Positions 24,801-37,325 of a stretch of 64,000 nt of DNA are shown piece after piece. The stretch is from Epiperipatus broadwayi. Its lineage: Eukaryota; Animalia; Onychophora. The stretch lies in assembly GCA_028023455.1 (NCBI GenBank), contig JAQFVV010000005.1, positions 16,864,001-16,928,000 of the forward strand, written 5' to 3'. The notes below the pieces were generated by a model. It did no database searches, was not told where the DNA came from, and worked only from the letters and a program-made list of their open reading frames with translations. Positions within the stretch are counted from its first letter, which is position 1. Each line of letters opens with the position of its first letter. The position numbers and the translations under genes were made by a program.

Positions 24801-25070
24801 ACTGTGCATGTGTATTGATGTGGCCATCCTAGTGGAAAATATGAGACAAATCTTCGGTCGCGCACAGGATGGAAATCTTAGTTCAAGGCGGATTTTTCTG
24901 ATTGTCTTGGTGGGCTGCATAAAAACTCTTAGTGGCCACATGTGGCCCTCAGGCTGCTATTTTCCCACCCCTGCACTAAAGTCCTATCCATATCTGCAGA
25001 TTTTCTAGCTTATCACTCCCATTGGTGAGGAGGTTTTGATTTGGTCATCTATTGCCTACCCAAATTTATA
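21877..25070 (-). mobile_element. Near full-length decayed RTE LINE (endonuclease plus RT remnants) interrupted by a hAT MITE
   Basis: ORF track: EEFFMDIQKV..IVMRDFNA (APE), FVDYGKAFDS, YKYFGRII..FGR; 3' end homologous to 9382 and 46560. Confidence 0.88.
24471..24973. mobile_element. hAT (Charlie-like) MITE, 503 bp
   Basis: TIR CAGGGGTGGG(C/A)AA; exact 8-bp TSD CACTAAAG at 24463-24470 and 24974-24981. Confidence 0.92.
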
Positions 25071-26934
25071 CTAAATCACAGAGAAGAAATAATTGATTAT
25101 ATATATATGTGTGTGTAATGAACCACTTTAGTATATTAATTAATAAATTAATATCAGATAAAACGGATGCACATGATATCATCAGCGAAAACATCTGACT
25201 TAGAAAGCAAACATAGGAGTGTAGTGGCTATCATACATAGTTTTCTCATTTTCCATATCAAACAATTAACTTAGTGCAGTGCATTGTTTAGTGCAATGGC
25301 ATAGGTTACAGCCTTAGTAAATTATTACTTAATAAATAAAAATAAATAAAAGTTTATACATATAAACTTTAATAAAACCAACCTACAGATAAAATATATT
25401 AAAGTAGATTTCAAGCGCAATTTAGTGTAGCAAATCCTTACTGCAAATATGCTTTTAAAATGTTAGATGATTGTAAAAATTTGTTTATAATTTGGAAGCA
25501 AACTAACAAACAGAAATTTGTTGGCCCCACAGAGTTTCACTGCATCGGTATTTGCCAATTGTTTATTTTTTAGCTGATCTCTTATAAAAAACAGGAAGTG
25601 ATTTTTGGAGATTCTTTGCTTCCAACGAATCTCTTGGCAACAGATGTTATGATTAACCATTAAAGAACTTTTGATTGTTATAAGTTAGAGTGTCTCTTTG
25701 GACTAATAAAGCTTACGTATGCTAGTCTCTGTTGAAAACCAAATTAGGATAACTAGGCAATAAGGTATTACAACCAAGCAATGTTACTTGGTCAACATCC
25801 GAATTGTAAGGATACACTTTACATTCCACCAAAATGCACCACATACACATCCATCTGACAGATTAAACCTACCAACAATAATCAAAAGAATATTATTAAT
25901 TATATACTAATAATTTTATTTAAAATTGTCATTTAAAATTATATTCTTCACAATACTGACTAATAAATGATCAAACTTCAAAATGCAAGCAAATAACTCG
26001 TAAAAACCAAACGAAATAAATAACAATTAAATTTTTAGTTACTTGTTACTCCATTACATAGGACATGCATATATTCAAATGACGTAAACAATTGAAATAA
26101 AAAATGTGAACTCAAATTGACACGATATAATAACAAAAATATATAAAACGTGAAGGAAGATAAGATAAAATGAAAGACTTTTCTTCTTCTTCAAAAAAGT
26201 GAGATATAAAAATGACATTGGCTATTCAATACACATTTTAGCAAAATCTAATTTCAAACCCACTATTCAAGACCATTGAACAACAGCCATTGAAACGTTG
26301 TACCTCCCAAAGAAGAAAATAATAATGAGAGATAAAGAGAAAACTGCTGGAGTCAATATGAATAAATCATATATTTTGTAAAAATTTACTTTACAAATCT
26401 TGGAAACATTTTATTCATGATAATAGTGAATTTCAGCATGAAAATTAAGAAATCATCTCAATCTTAATGCGAGACTTTTAAAATCACAAATCCACTATTA
26501 ACTCTTTATAAAAGAAGAACTCCAAGCAAACTTATCAACAGAGTTACATAGCTATGCCTGGTTAAAAAAGAAAAGACATCATAGAGATGAAATTGTTCTT
26601 CATATAACCATATATGTTAGATTTTAGTTTCAATTTCATTTACCCTTCCATGTGGAATAGAACATAAAAATATGCTACAATAAACCAAGGAAACTTCTTA
26701 GATTGGAATGAATACTGTCGATGAAAGAAATGGAATCACCATTGTGAAGTTTTGAATGGCATTCAAATATGGTACAGTGGATTGTATGTGAGATAAAAGG
26801 GTTTCCTAAAAGAAAATTCCTTAAACATTTGTCAATATGAACTGTTGATAATTAAACTTCGGCTTGTCTACACAGGATTAATATATATAATTTACTTTTT
26901 TCTTATTATGCTAATTTCTTTCTTTTGATAATAG

Positions 26935-27071
26935 GTGAATTTCATCCAACCGCAAGTTAGATCTATATAGAGTGGATGATCGGAAATATTATTATTTCAA
27001 CCTATTAATAAAATGTAGACATAGACATTCCAAGTTTGCTTAATAATATTTGACTATTTATAGACTAAAAG
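26935..27071 (+). other. Candidate spliced exon with no open frame through it (UTR or lncRNA)
   Basis: ctaat branch point, pyrimidine tract and AG acceptor; AAG|GTAAGA donor; stops in all three frames. Confidence 0.3.
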
Positions 27072-28261
27072 GTAAGAGTTTAAAATTTTATGTAATATTC
27101 AACATATATATACTATGACAATTACCACAAATATTAAATGTTTGTTATAACTAACTTATTTATTAAATAATTGTTATTTGGGATATATGATTAAAACACT
27201 TGTATGACTGATCTTTCCTATCATATTATCGTATCATTGGTAAATGACTTTCAACACATACAGTAATCCTTACAAAAATCCTATTCCATGGATAAACTGA
27301 CCATAAGCAAAAACAAGAAAAAGCTAAGGATAGGAAAATTAGTTAGGATAGATGTATGATAATTTGGATGAAGATTTTTTTATAATGTATAAATTAATAA
27401 GTTTGGTTAATGTACGATTATTCTTCATAGGGATAGAATGGAGTTGGATTACAAGGTGTTCAAGAAATAAAATGAGGGATAATCATGTTTATCCAATCCT
27501 CAGTTAATAATTGTACGACTCATATATTATGTTAAAATATCATTATGAACAAAATCTATTATTGTTAATAACTTCTTAAATATTTATTATAATAATCAAA
27601 GTTGTTGCTATTTATCTGCTCCACAATTCATCATATCACATCATACACATATAATTTGTATAAAAGTATGATACAATCATACTCTGAAGTAGAACTCATG
27701 TATATTCTTCCTGAATTTGAATATCATGGCATAATGTGAGCCAAGTAGAGGGTAAATGGAAAAAGGTATATTAAGTCAAATTTCCTTCTATTTAACAGCT
27801 AAATAAATAATCTTATGATCATATTGACTGAATTAGTTAAATTAATGATCATAATGAGGCACATCCCTCTTGAAAAAATAAATCATTCAGTTATATATGG
27901 TTTCCAGTCACATGGCATCAAATCATATGTTAATACCATCCAGTTACATATGACATTGAATAACATATCAATAATACAATCCTCCTCATCCCGTTACATA
28001 TGGTGTCCAATCATTGAGATTGAAATATATATTTTGATATTATTTTTGGCTCATCCTGTATCTGTGCTATCAAAAAATAATAAAATATTTGGTCATTATT
28101 ATAATATTCTAATTATTATTGCCTATTGTTAGTCAATCTGTCTCAAATAAACTTGTTCACTCTGAAAAGTTTTGTGGCTTGGGACACCTTTTCAAGGAAT
28201 AACAAATATCAACAACTGTTAGAAGAAAATTTTCACTCAATCAATGGCTGCTAGATGACAG

Positions 28262-28350
28262 TATAATTCTATGATGTTCAATACTATTCTATACACTTTA
28301 TCAGTTTAATTTCTGTCTTATAGCCTTCATCAGTAAGGAGCTTAGACTCA
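28262..28350 (-). mobile_element. Decayed family Y HHR fragment
   Basis: ctcctta CTGATGA aggctataagaca GAAA ttaa.. matches Y ctcctca CTGATGA aggccataagcca GAAA ttag. Confidence 0.6.
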
Positions 28351-29181
28351 CTTGGACTTAATAGACTTATTATCCACCAAATGTCTTTTGATATATTTTT
28401 ATTATTAAACTAACAGCCTGAAATCAAAAACATCATAATGAATTTGACTACAGGCCAATTTGTTTGTCTAGTTTTATAGATCTGATATCAAGACAGTAAC
28501 TATATATTTTAATGTTTTCTATTTTATAATAACTGTAGACATTTTTTAGCTTTTGTTATGATGCTATATACCAACAACATCATGTCTTTACATACATATA
28601 GCATAGTTTCCTAAAAGAAATTGACTCATTCTACTCCAGAGCACCCACAATTAGTTGGATAATAAATATCTTTTCACTTACAAATGTTGTAAACCAGAAA
28701 CTAGTCTGAAAATATGGATAGGATAAAATAAATTGTATTTTCATCGAAAATTCATTGATTATTCAAGCTTGTAATAAATAGGCCTGGAATATTTTGGAAA
28801 AATGTGCTCCTAAATGTTTTATGTAAGCAAAGATAAAGCATGCGATGTTTGAACGACTAAGAGTAAGTTGAGCCCAAGAGTTCTGTTCAAATACCTAAAT
28901 CAAGACTATTATTTTTTATAGCTTATCCACAAAATCGATGCAAGAATCTTTAGCTCTTAAGCTAGCTATTCTCTCATTGAGCTAACTCCACTGGGCATTA
29001 TTTTCAGTATTAATTTATTGATTCCCAGTTAATTATCAATAAAAAATTATCATTACAGCATCTAATAGATTAATTAAAAGACAGAAAATGCAAACATGTT
29101 AGCAAAATTTCAATTTCGCTAATGTACAAACCCTTACTCCCCCTGAAATTAAAAAGAACCATCTAATGCCTACTTCCACCA

Positions 29182-29810
29182 ACTTACCTCAGGAAATGAA
29201 GCTTCGCACTGTTATTAACTACTGCTTTTTTTTTCTACTAATATTTCTTTTCATAATTAATAATATTTAAATTTTTGGTATTAATACCCCCCTCCTTACA
29301 GACTTCTTTAAGCAGAATAATACCCTCAAGGAAAAGAAAATAAAAAATTTAAATTATAATTCGGCACTCAAGCTTGAAATCTGAGAAATAGTACAGCTTT
29401 TTAAAGCAAATCAATTGTTTCTGCTTAATAAAAATAAACGGCGGCGTAACTGTTAAGAGAAAAAGAGAATTTTCAAACACGTGACATGTAAACTAATACC
29501 TGTGGTGAAAGTTTTCATTCACGAACATTTTGTCTGAAGGGTAACACGCAAAAATATAACAGCAATTAGCTATATTCTTAATTCCTCTTTTTTCCAGTGA
29601 AACAATGTAATTTATATTTAAATTCATAAACAAAACAATAACTAGGTGGCAGAAATAGTAAGTTTATAAAATGGTCAAGAAAATTTTAAATATCTGAATC
29701 ATACATAATTAATGATCACAGACTTTTATTATTATCACGTGCAATCAAAATGGCATCGAATGCTGATCATGTGAATAATATTCCGTTTAATCAGAACAAC
29801 GAATGTGAGA
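29182..29810. promoter_or_regulatory. Candidate bidirectional promoter / first-exon region
   Basis: Retained CpGs, two CACGTG E-boxes, minus-strand GAG|GTAAGT donor at 29188 and plus-strand ATG exon with GTGAGA donor. Confidence 0.35.
29750..29804 (+). CDS. Possible first coding exon MASNADHVNNIPFNQNNE (unknown gene)
   Basis: caaaATGG context, 18 codons plus 1 nt, then GTGAGA donor; no downstream exon identified. Confidence 0.25.
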
Positions 29811-30046
29811 GTAGTTTAAACTGCTTTCTTCTGTAGTTTGAATAATGTTGATACTATTATAATATAGTCGGCAATATTAATCTACAGCACTGTTGCCCAA
29901 TATAGATTTTAATAGTAAAATATTAATAATCACCAAACAGATACTTAGATTCCTATAGATTACAACTTTTTTTATTTGTCCTAATATACTTTATCCTTGC
30001 ATTTAAAAATTATTTATAGAAGGAAACTCTATTTGTTTGACGTCAC

Positions 30047-30100
30047 TGCTGCCACCTATTGTAATATTGAGTAATAATAGATACTTCATAGATGGCAGCA
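30047..30100. promoter_or_regulatory. Divergent pair of CTCF-like motifs
   Basis: Minus strand TTATTACTCAATATTACAATAGGTGGCAGC and plus strand CATAGATGGCAGC. Confidence 0.4.
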
Positions 30101-31213
30101 GTAGAATAGAATAAATAGGTTGTGCTTCTATAAAACATTGTGTTAAGTTAGTCTTATGTGGAGCTTTTTTTGATGTATTTGATAGATTTACTAGTGACTG
30201 TATTAAGTTCTTCAATTCTCTCATTGTATGTTAGTTTTGAGAATCATTAACTATGAAATTTATAGTGTGTAATTGTCAGAGCTGATAATGCCATTAGATA
30301 AATTAAGTACCAGCATATGGCACAGAGATCAGTAAGTGACTCAGCACAAATATTTAACAATCACAAATTTTATATAAATGTTTTTGTGACGGATAAATAT
30401 TTGTATTTAAAAATCAAAATTGGTAACATTTTTTAAGGGAGGGAAAACAAGTAATTGGCTTTTCCCATTGTGCACAATAGTCTGATGACACCTTTAATCA
30501 TGACATGTTAAATTCCACTTCCAAAGCAAGTAAATGTACTGATCATGAGCTGAATTTGAATCATCCAAGAAAAAGAAATCTAGCTAACTTTAGAGTTAGA
30601 ATTGAAAAAAAAAAATTGTTTTCCAGAAATCTCGTTTGAAAGAATTATGTATTATGTAAGATATCTTGATTTGTAGGTCTTAGATGAAACTACATATTGA
30701 CATGGTGGTAAATTTGATCAACTTAATAGTTTCTGTGAAGCAACTTGTCTTCTAATATCCTGTGGAGGGGTTTATGAAAAGGTAGGAAAGAGATAGGCTT
30801 GAGTTTTCCATTAGTATTTTATATTAATAGCTAATTGCATATTTATAAGTTTAAATGTATGTACTTTTTGCCCAATGCTAATGCTAAGAAAGCAGCTAAC
30901 AGGATGTTTGTATCACAATGACAAGTGTACATGCTAGCTTTTTTAGAAGATGTTCTGAGCAACTATTTTAAATTTAGATGAGGAAAATAAATTAAGTTAT
31001 TACATTTGTTTATAAATCAGCATTTATTTATTTTTTTTCTTTTCACTATTAACACATACCCAGCACTTTATGTAACATGTAGTTTAATCTATTTTCTGAT
31101 GCCCTACATAGTTTGGTATAGTGGTAGTATAGTAGCTTTGGAATTTAATGTCTGTGTATTATGGTACACTTCAGTCCCAGTGCTCCAATGTCTTATGAAT
31201 TGTTGAGAAATCA

Positions 31214-31276
31214 AAAAATACCATATGATAGCGCTAATTCATATTGTTTCTGGCAATATTATCTTCAGTAAGGAGC
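31214..31276 (-). ncRNA. Diverged Y-like HHR remnant
   Basis: gctcctta CTGAAGA ..gcca GAAA CAATATGA/TCATATGG TA; stem III 7/8 paired and ends in GUA; stem II broken. Confidence 0.5.
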
Positions 31277-31636
31277 ATGATTTTGTACAACTAGCAATTA
31301 TCTTTATCCTAGCTAATAATCTGAGATTTCACATGGTAAGACTTTGAATCCAAGCTAACTTGGTTTTTTAGTTATATAAGTTTGTCACTAAAATAGTGTT
31401 TTCATATTATAGTGACCTCAGTTTTATATTAATTGAAAACTCTTTTGATTTTTAGTAAGGATGGTATAATCAAAACTTTACACTATTTGAATCTTAGATT
31501 ATTAACTTGGATCATGTGAAAGTTACTAAAGTATGACTGATAGATCTGTTAGTAGAAGTCTTATTCATTACTGAAAACAGACAATAGTCAAAAACTATTC
31601 CAGTATATGGAAGTAACGTTACTATTTAATGTTCAA

Positions 31637-31666
31637 TGATGATTCAAGCATACAATAGATGGCTCT
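31637..31666 (+). promoter_or_regulatory. Bipartite CTCF-like motif copy
   Basis: TGATGATTCAAGCATACAATAGATGGCTCT, 26/30 identical to the 20541 copy without gaps. Confidence 0.4.
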
Positions 31667-32429
31667 GAAATGGAATGAATAGAATGAAGCAGTGTACAAA
31701 CTACACCCATTAAAGATTTTGAGGATAAGAGGAGAAGTTATGTGATGCTTTGGTTAATTTTTATCACTTGTCTTACGGGAGGTCTGTGGCCATAAAAGCA
31801 ATTATCACTAATAGTGACAAAGTACTTTTTATTACTTAATAGTGGCACTTTTGCTAATGGACTCATTGAAATCCAAAAAGCTGTTTTTTTTTTAAAAAAA
31901 AAAAGTTAACATATATATATATTAAAAATGTGCATTAATTTATAATAATTAAATAAATAAGGTAGAATATATATAAAAAGCATATGTTACATCTCTGAAA
32001 ATGACTATTGGACAATCAAAACTGTCAATTGTTTTTGGAATAACAACATTATATTTGCATTATACAAAGTGCATAGAAGGATGTATTGGTATTGTTTATT
32101 CATATAAGTATTAAATAATAAATTTAATGCTTTGCAGCCATGAAGAATCATATAACATGGACCACCAGAAATACTACAGAATTGAGGTTACAAATATGAA
32201 CTTTTAGCTCTCAAATCCTCCAATTTATTAATATATTAAACCATATAGGGCATCAAACTGATATCATTAAATGTCACAGTAATCTCTCTTAAAAACAAGC
32301 AATAGAAAGTGATATCTAGGATAACAAATATAGTGTGCTCAATGTATATCATAACCCTGTTTTAAAATATTTGTACTTTCTGTACAAGGATTCAGAATAA
32401 TATAATACATATGATGGACTGGAAAAAGG

Positions 32430-33400
32430 CTTTTTTAAAAAAAACAAGGTCAGAGTATCTGTACAGAGACTTTATGCTCAGAATCCTTATTAATTCATAT
32501 TAAGCATTCCCTTTTCTAAAATCATTATATAACACTAAATTCATCTACTTCTTATTTCTTATTATGCAATTATTTTTTAGTTCATTTCATTTTTTGTTTC
32601 ATTAATTTCACTATCCTACCCTCAATTGTTTCTTTAATTTCATTATAAAGAGCTGAGTAGAAAATGATAAAATCTTTATCACTCCCCTCTATCTTCACAT
32701 TTCTCCTACTCTCCATTCAATTCATCCTGATCTTTTTTCAATATCCTAACACTCCAAAACAAGGTTTCAATACGTTCTCTTCTATCCTCAAATAAACTAC
32801 ATTTATAGTTCAAATCCTTATTCTGTTTTATTTTAATTCTTTGGCATCTAAAGCTCCTGCCCTTGCTTTGTGTTATTTGGTGTGCAATCTCTGGGGATCA
32901 AGGTCATGCATTATGGCTAGCTTTGTCACTTCCAGTATTCGAAATTTCTTATGAACTCCTGACCTATATAAATCATTCAATTATTTTCTATTTACCAGAA
33001 TAACAATAAGTTGCCTTTAGTATTATTATATATCCTTTCATATTATATATAATTTTTATTATTATATAACTCCAAAATACTTTTCATTATTATTTTCCAT
33101 TACTCTATTTATTTTTCTTTAACCAATTTATTTATCCTCCTTTTCCGCCCCTCATAAATATGTACTTATAAGACATTCTCTAGACACTTCTACTTCTTAT
33201 TTAGATGGTATAAATAAATTGTCTATATTGCATTGAAATTATTATAGACCTCCATCTATTATCAATTTATATAACTATTTTACATCTAATCCTTTTACCA
33301 AGTATACACATATATAGAGAGTGATCGGGCTCCCTCTAGTAACAATTTCTATTACTATTTTATGCATAATAGTCTTACCAACTATTTATTAACAAAATGT
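32430..33400 (-). mobile_element. Decayed LINE 3' end related to 440-1150
   Basis: Minus strand KARAGALDAK followed by a degenerate KCSL..RRE zinc-knuckle-like segment; similar purine-rich 3' UTR. Confidence 0.55.
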
Positions 33401-34984
33401 ATTTAAAGTGAAGTAAACGAATGAAACACTTCTATTGCTAGGCAGAGGTTTATCCAACAACATTCCATAAGTGATACTATAAATTGGAGGGGTATATCCT
33501 ATTTATCAAAATAAAGAACTGTTCTTTGGTAAACTTTTTTTTTTTTAAATAAATTTCTTTGATTACTTTATCATATAATTAAAAATAACAAAGTACTCAC
33601 TTGCTGACTTAATATTAGATGGCCTGCTGAGAAAAATATGCTTTCTTGGAAATTTTAAGGAAAACCAGCTTAATTAAAAAATGTAAACTTACGCACAAAA
33701 TTTGGACCTCTTGGGTTTGAATCTTGGCTGAGTAAAACTTTAAAAAACATTTTAAATCCAGTGAGGTTTAGGACAATCCTGATAATTATTCAATATTCGT
33801 CAGTAAATGGATGTTTAGCTATTTTTAGCTAAAGGATAAACCAACAAATGTAAAATTACCCAAACTCTCATCATACATCAATTGGCATGTCTGATGAATT
33901 ATGTCTTCTGCTCACTATTCTAATATAAACAGCTATTGGAGAGGCTGTGGTTTTGAAATATATTTTTATCTTACCTACTCATAATATATATATATATATT
34001 AATTGGAGATAAATTAACATTTAAGAGCTAAACACATTAATGCAATGTTTTCCAATGTCAATAAATATTGGTGAAACGAGAAAATAGCTGGGGCATAGAT
34101 TAGAAACAGAGCTAATAATTTATTTAGCCAATTATAAAAATAACAACATTTAATAATTTCTTTCAACTCGATGATTAATAGAACTGTATAAACCTAGTTC
34201 TAATGGGCGAGAATTACTATTAGAATTAATATTATATTATTTGCACAAAGCAAATGGAACAAAGGAACTCATCTAGTCGAAGATTGTTGGCATATAATTA
34301 AAAATAAATGACATTAATAAATCACACAATATATATATATATAATATGGTAAATGAACCGCCATCCTAAGAAAGGGAAATGAAATCTAAGGACTAGAGAT
34401 TGAGAGAATTACTATGAATTTAAAAAGCATAAATAAAAGAAAGTTTTATAAAGATTATTACATTAAAGAAGGAAAAGAGCTCTTAAAGGGAAGTAAAGTT
34501 CAGAAATGGCCAGAAAGTTTCGTTTCATTATGGAATAATATTACCATTTCTTCTGGGGCTGCTTCCTTAGTTTACACATCTGAGTTGGTAAAATGTAGGC
34601 ACGCATTTGGTCGATTACTTGAACAGCATTTTATTGGATTTTCATGATTTTAGCAGCATGGTTGGTCCAGAAAGGATTTAGCAACTTCATTGAAGATTTT
34701 CAGTGGACTTCAGGAACCATAGCCAGATTCCTGACTTTTTAGCCCCTCACCATGATCGAAACACTATTTAAATTCATGATTTTTTAGACGCACAGAATTT
34801 ATTGGCACTTTTCTACAACAAAGATGGCTTCTCCCTCTCCAAACTTTTCAGAGCTATTTATACTGTATCTGATGCCTTCGGGCTAGCGCTTCTTTCATTA
34901 TTAATGTCACAAAATCTACTAGTTGTTTTTAGATACATTCTATCGATAAGGCTTTCAAACTCATAACTTCAAACTCATTAACTT

Positions 34985-35014
34985 GAATTCATTTTCTAAT
35001 TAGAAAATGAATTC
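34985..35014. repeat. Perfect 30-bp palindrome within a looser inverted repeat (~34935-35145)
   Basis: GAATTCATTTTCTAA/TTAGAAAATGAATTC; outer ACATTCTATCGATAAGGCTTTCA / TGAAAGCTTATCGAAAGAATGT. Confidence 0.85.
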
Positions 35015-35514
35015 TTAAAATCAGAAAAATGATTTTAATTATGAAATCCTTACATTTTAAATACTTATCTTTTTTTCTAATTAATAAAACTTTAACCATT
35101 GTTTTGGAAAGGGAAAATCTGAAAGCTTATCGAAAGAATGTAGCTTTTAATCATTAAAAATTTTAACAAATTATTTAAAGTAAAATCAAAACATTTCCGA
35201 CGCAATGAAACTTTCAAACAATTATATATATTTAAATATTTATAAATATATAGGCACAATCCATGCATTTATAATATATATAAATTCATGAATAATTTTA
35301 TCATGAATTTATTAATAGCATTGATTAATTTAAACTCAAACGAATTAATTTTAATACACATTTATAAAATAAGTTTTTCTTTATGGAAATTAGCGTGGAT
35401 TGAATGTATAAAGCCTCATTGCATCGGAAATTTAAGGTTAGTACTAGGGTTTGAAGTGGGCTTATGGCTAGATGTCATGAAGCTAGGATCGAACTCAGAT
35501 CCGACTGCTTCAAT

Positions 35515-35598
<84 letters not shown>

Positions 35599-35879
35599 GT
35601 AGGTAGGTAGGTAGGTAGGTAGGTAGGTAGGTAGGTAGGTAGGTAGGTAGGTAGGTAGGTAGGTAGGTAGGTAGGTAGGTAGGTAGGTAGGTAGGTAGGT
35701 AGGTAGGTAGGTAGGTAGGTAGGTAGGTAGGTAGGTAGGTAGGTAGGTAGGTAGGTAGGTAGGTAGGTAGGTAGGTAGGTAGGTAGGTAGGTAGGTAGGT
35801 AGGTAGGTAGGTAGGTAGGTAGGTAGGTAGGTAGGTAGGTAGGTAGGTAGGTAGGTAGGTAGGTAGGTAGGTAGGTAGG

Positions 35880-35974
<95 letters not shown>
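35515..35974. repeat. Compound microsatellite (ATAG)21(GTAG)71(ATAG)23
   Basis: Direct reading; explains the IYLS/TYLP pseudo-ORFs. Confidence 0.98.
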
Positions 35975-35976
<2 letters not shown>

Positions 35977-36560
35977 GTTTTTACAAAACTCATCCACACA
36001 TTTCTTCCAATAGTAACATGCTATTTTACACTTTTGAGACTTCTCTATAACTTTCCTTGCCAATTCATATCATTATGAATTCTTTTTATACCATTTTAAG
36101 AACCCTAGATATTCAATTATTTTTAACAAATTATTTTTTTTAAATATTACATTTCTTTTTTCCTCATACATTACCATTTCATTAAAAAATGTACTGGTAA
36201 ATTGCTGGGTGGGGGGAGGGGTTTTACCAGTTGTCGTTGTGGATGTTTTGACAAAATAACAGCTTTCTTCACATTGATTTCAGTTGTCTGAACCATTTTC
36301 AAAGTTTGTTAATATTTTAAAATGATTGGCGAGATCTAAATTAAATTCATTGGAATGTTTTTTGAAGATTAAGAATAACAACTGTTATTACAAACTTTCT
36401 TAACAGTTTGTGACTCTCTAATTTTGCATTAATATGTATCTTATACATTTTTGAACAAACAGGAAACCTTTCTTTGTAAATATTATTTGCAGGTAGTCTT
36501 TTTTCCAACAAATAGTATACTGACCATAAATATCTTCTTGAGTATGATTATTATTTTATC
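35977..36560 (-). mobile_element. Decayed RTE LINE internal fragment
   Basis: Aligns with 23250-23900 of the long RTE (tctaaattaaattcattg, ctagatattcaatt). Confidence 0.75.
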
Positions 36561-37156
36561 TAAAACCAGACATTAACATATGTTTACTAAACTAAATTAA
36601 GTTAAACTGTACTACTATCTATAATCTATTTCACAATACAATTTTTCTACTTTTTTTTGTAAGTTAATTACAGTTATTTCTTCATGTGAGTATAGGTATA
36701 TAAACCATAAATTTCTAATAAAAAAGTGTTTTCCAAATACAATTTACAGCATAACAGCTAAAACTTAATAAAACAATAGAATATCTAAATCTGTTGTCAA
36801 GGCAACCTCTATAGAAATCCATCTATCTATAGAGCCTTGACGATACATTATGGATATTCTATTGATTTATTAAGCTTTGGCTACTATGCCGTAAATTATA
36901 TACATAAGTTATTGGAAAAAGTAATTATGATATGAAAAGAGAAGGAAGGAAAAATAAATAATCTGAATTCCAAGTACAAAATGGAATAGGTAGGTTGAAG
37001 ATTAGTTGGTAGAAAAAGTTTTGGTAAAGAAAAGTTTAAATGTAAAAAAAAAAAAGAGAAAAAAGAAAAATTGTTATGAATTATTAATACCATAAAGAAT
37101 TGTTCTAAAATTAGAATTTTTCAAATATGAAACACATGGTCTGTAATACTCCATTG

Positions 37157-37325
37157 CATATATACCATTCCCAACTTTCTTATACACTTAACAATACTAC
37201 TTTTTGCACTGAAACTTTACTCTTATAGTTTTGGCTGTCCTGCAGTCATCAAATTGTACGAGAAAAGTTTTTGTGAAAAAAATAGTATTGTTAAGTGTAT
37301 AAGAAAATTGGAAATGGCATCATAT
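37157..37325. mobile_element. Family Z fold-back copy
   Basis: ~55-bp inverted arms; spacer on the minus strand reads TGAT-GACTG-CAGGA-CAGCC-AAAAC, matching the 52153 HHR; arms share aagtgtata with the Z 3' flank. Confidence 0.65.

Noticed and set aside
24684-25008. Overlapping 85-aa and 101-aa ORFs
   Set aside because: They lie across a hAT MITE and its RTE flank; chance open frames
33245-33275. AATAGATGG as another CTCF-like site
   Set aside because: It lies in a LINE remnant, and the RTE coding motif DNRW generates the same string (e.g. ~9585)
34414-34900. Coding-like segment near the 77-aa ORF
   Set aside because: Stops in all frames and no recognisable motif; a similar unassignable segment lies at 53000-53400
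35416-36063. 215-aa and 174-aa ORFs (IYLS/TYLP repeats)
   Set aside because: Translations of the ATAG/GTAG microsatellite
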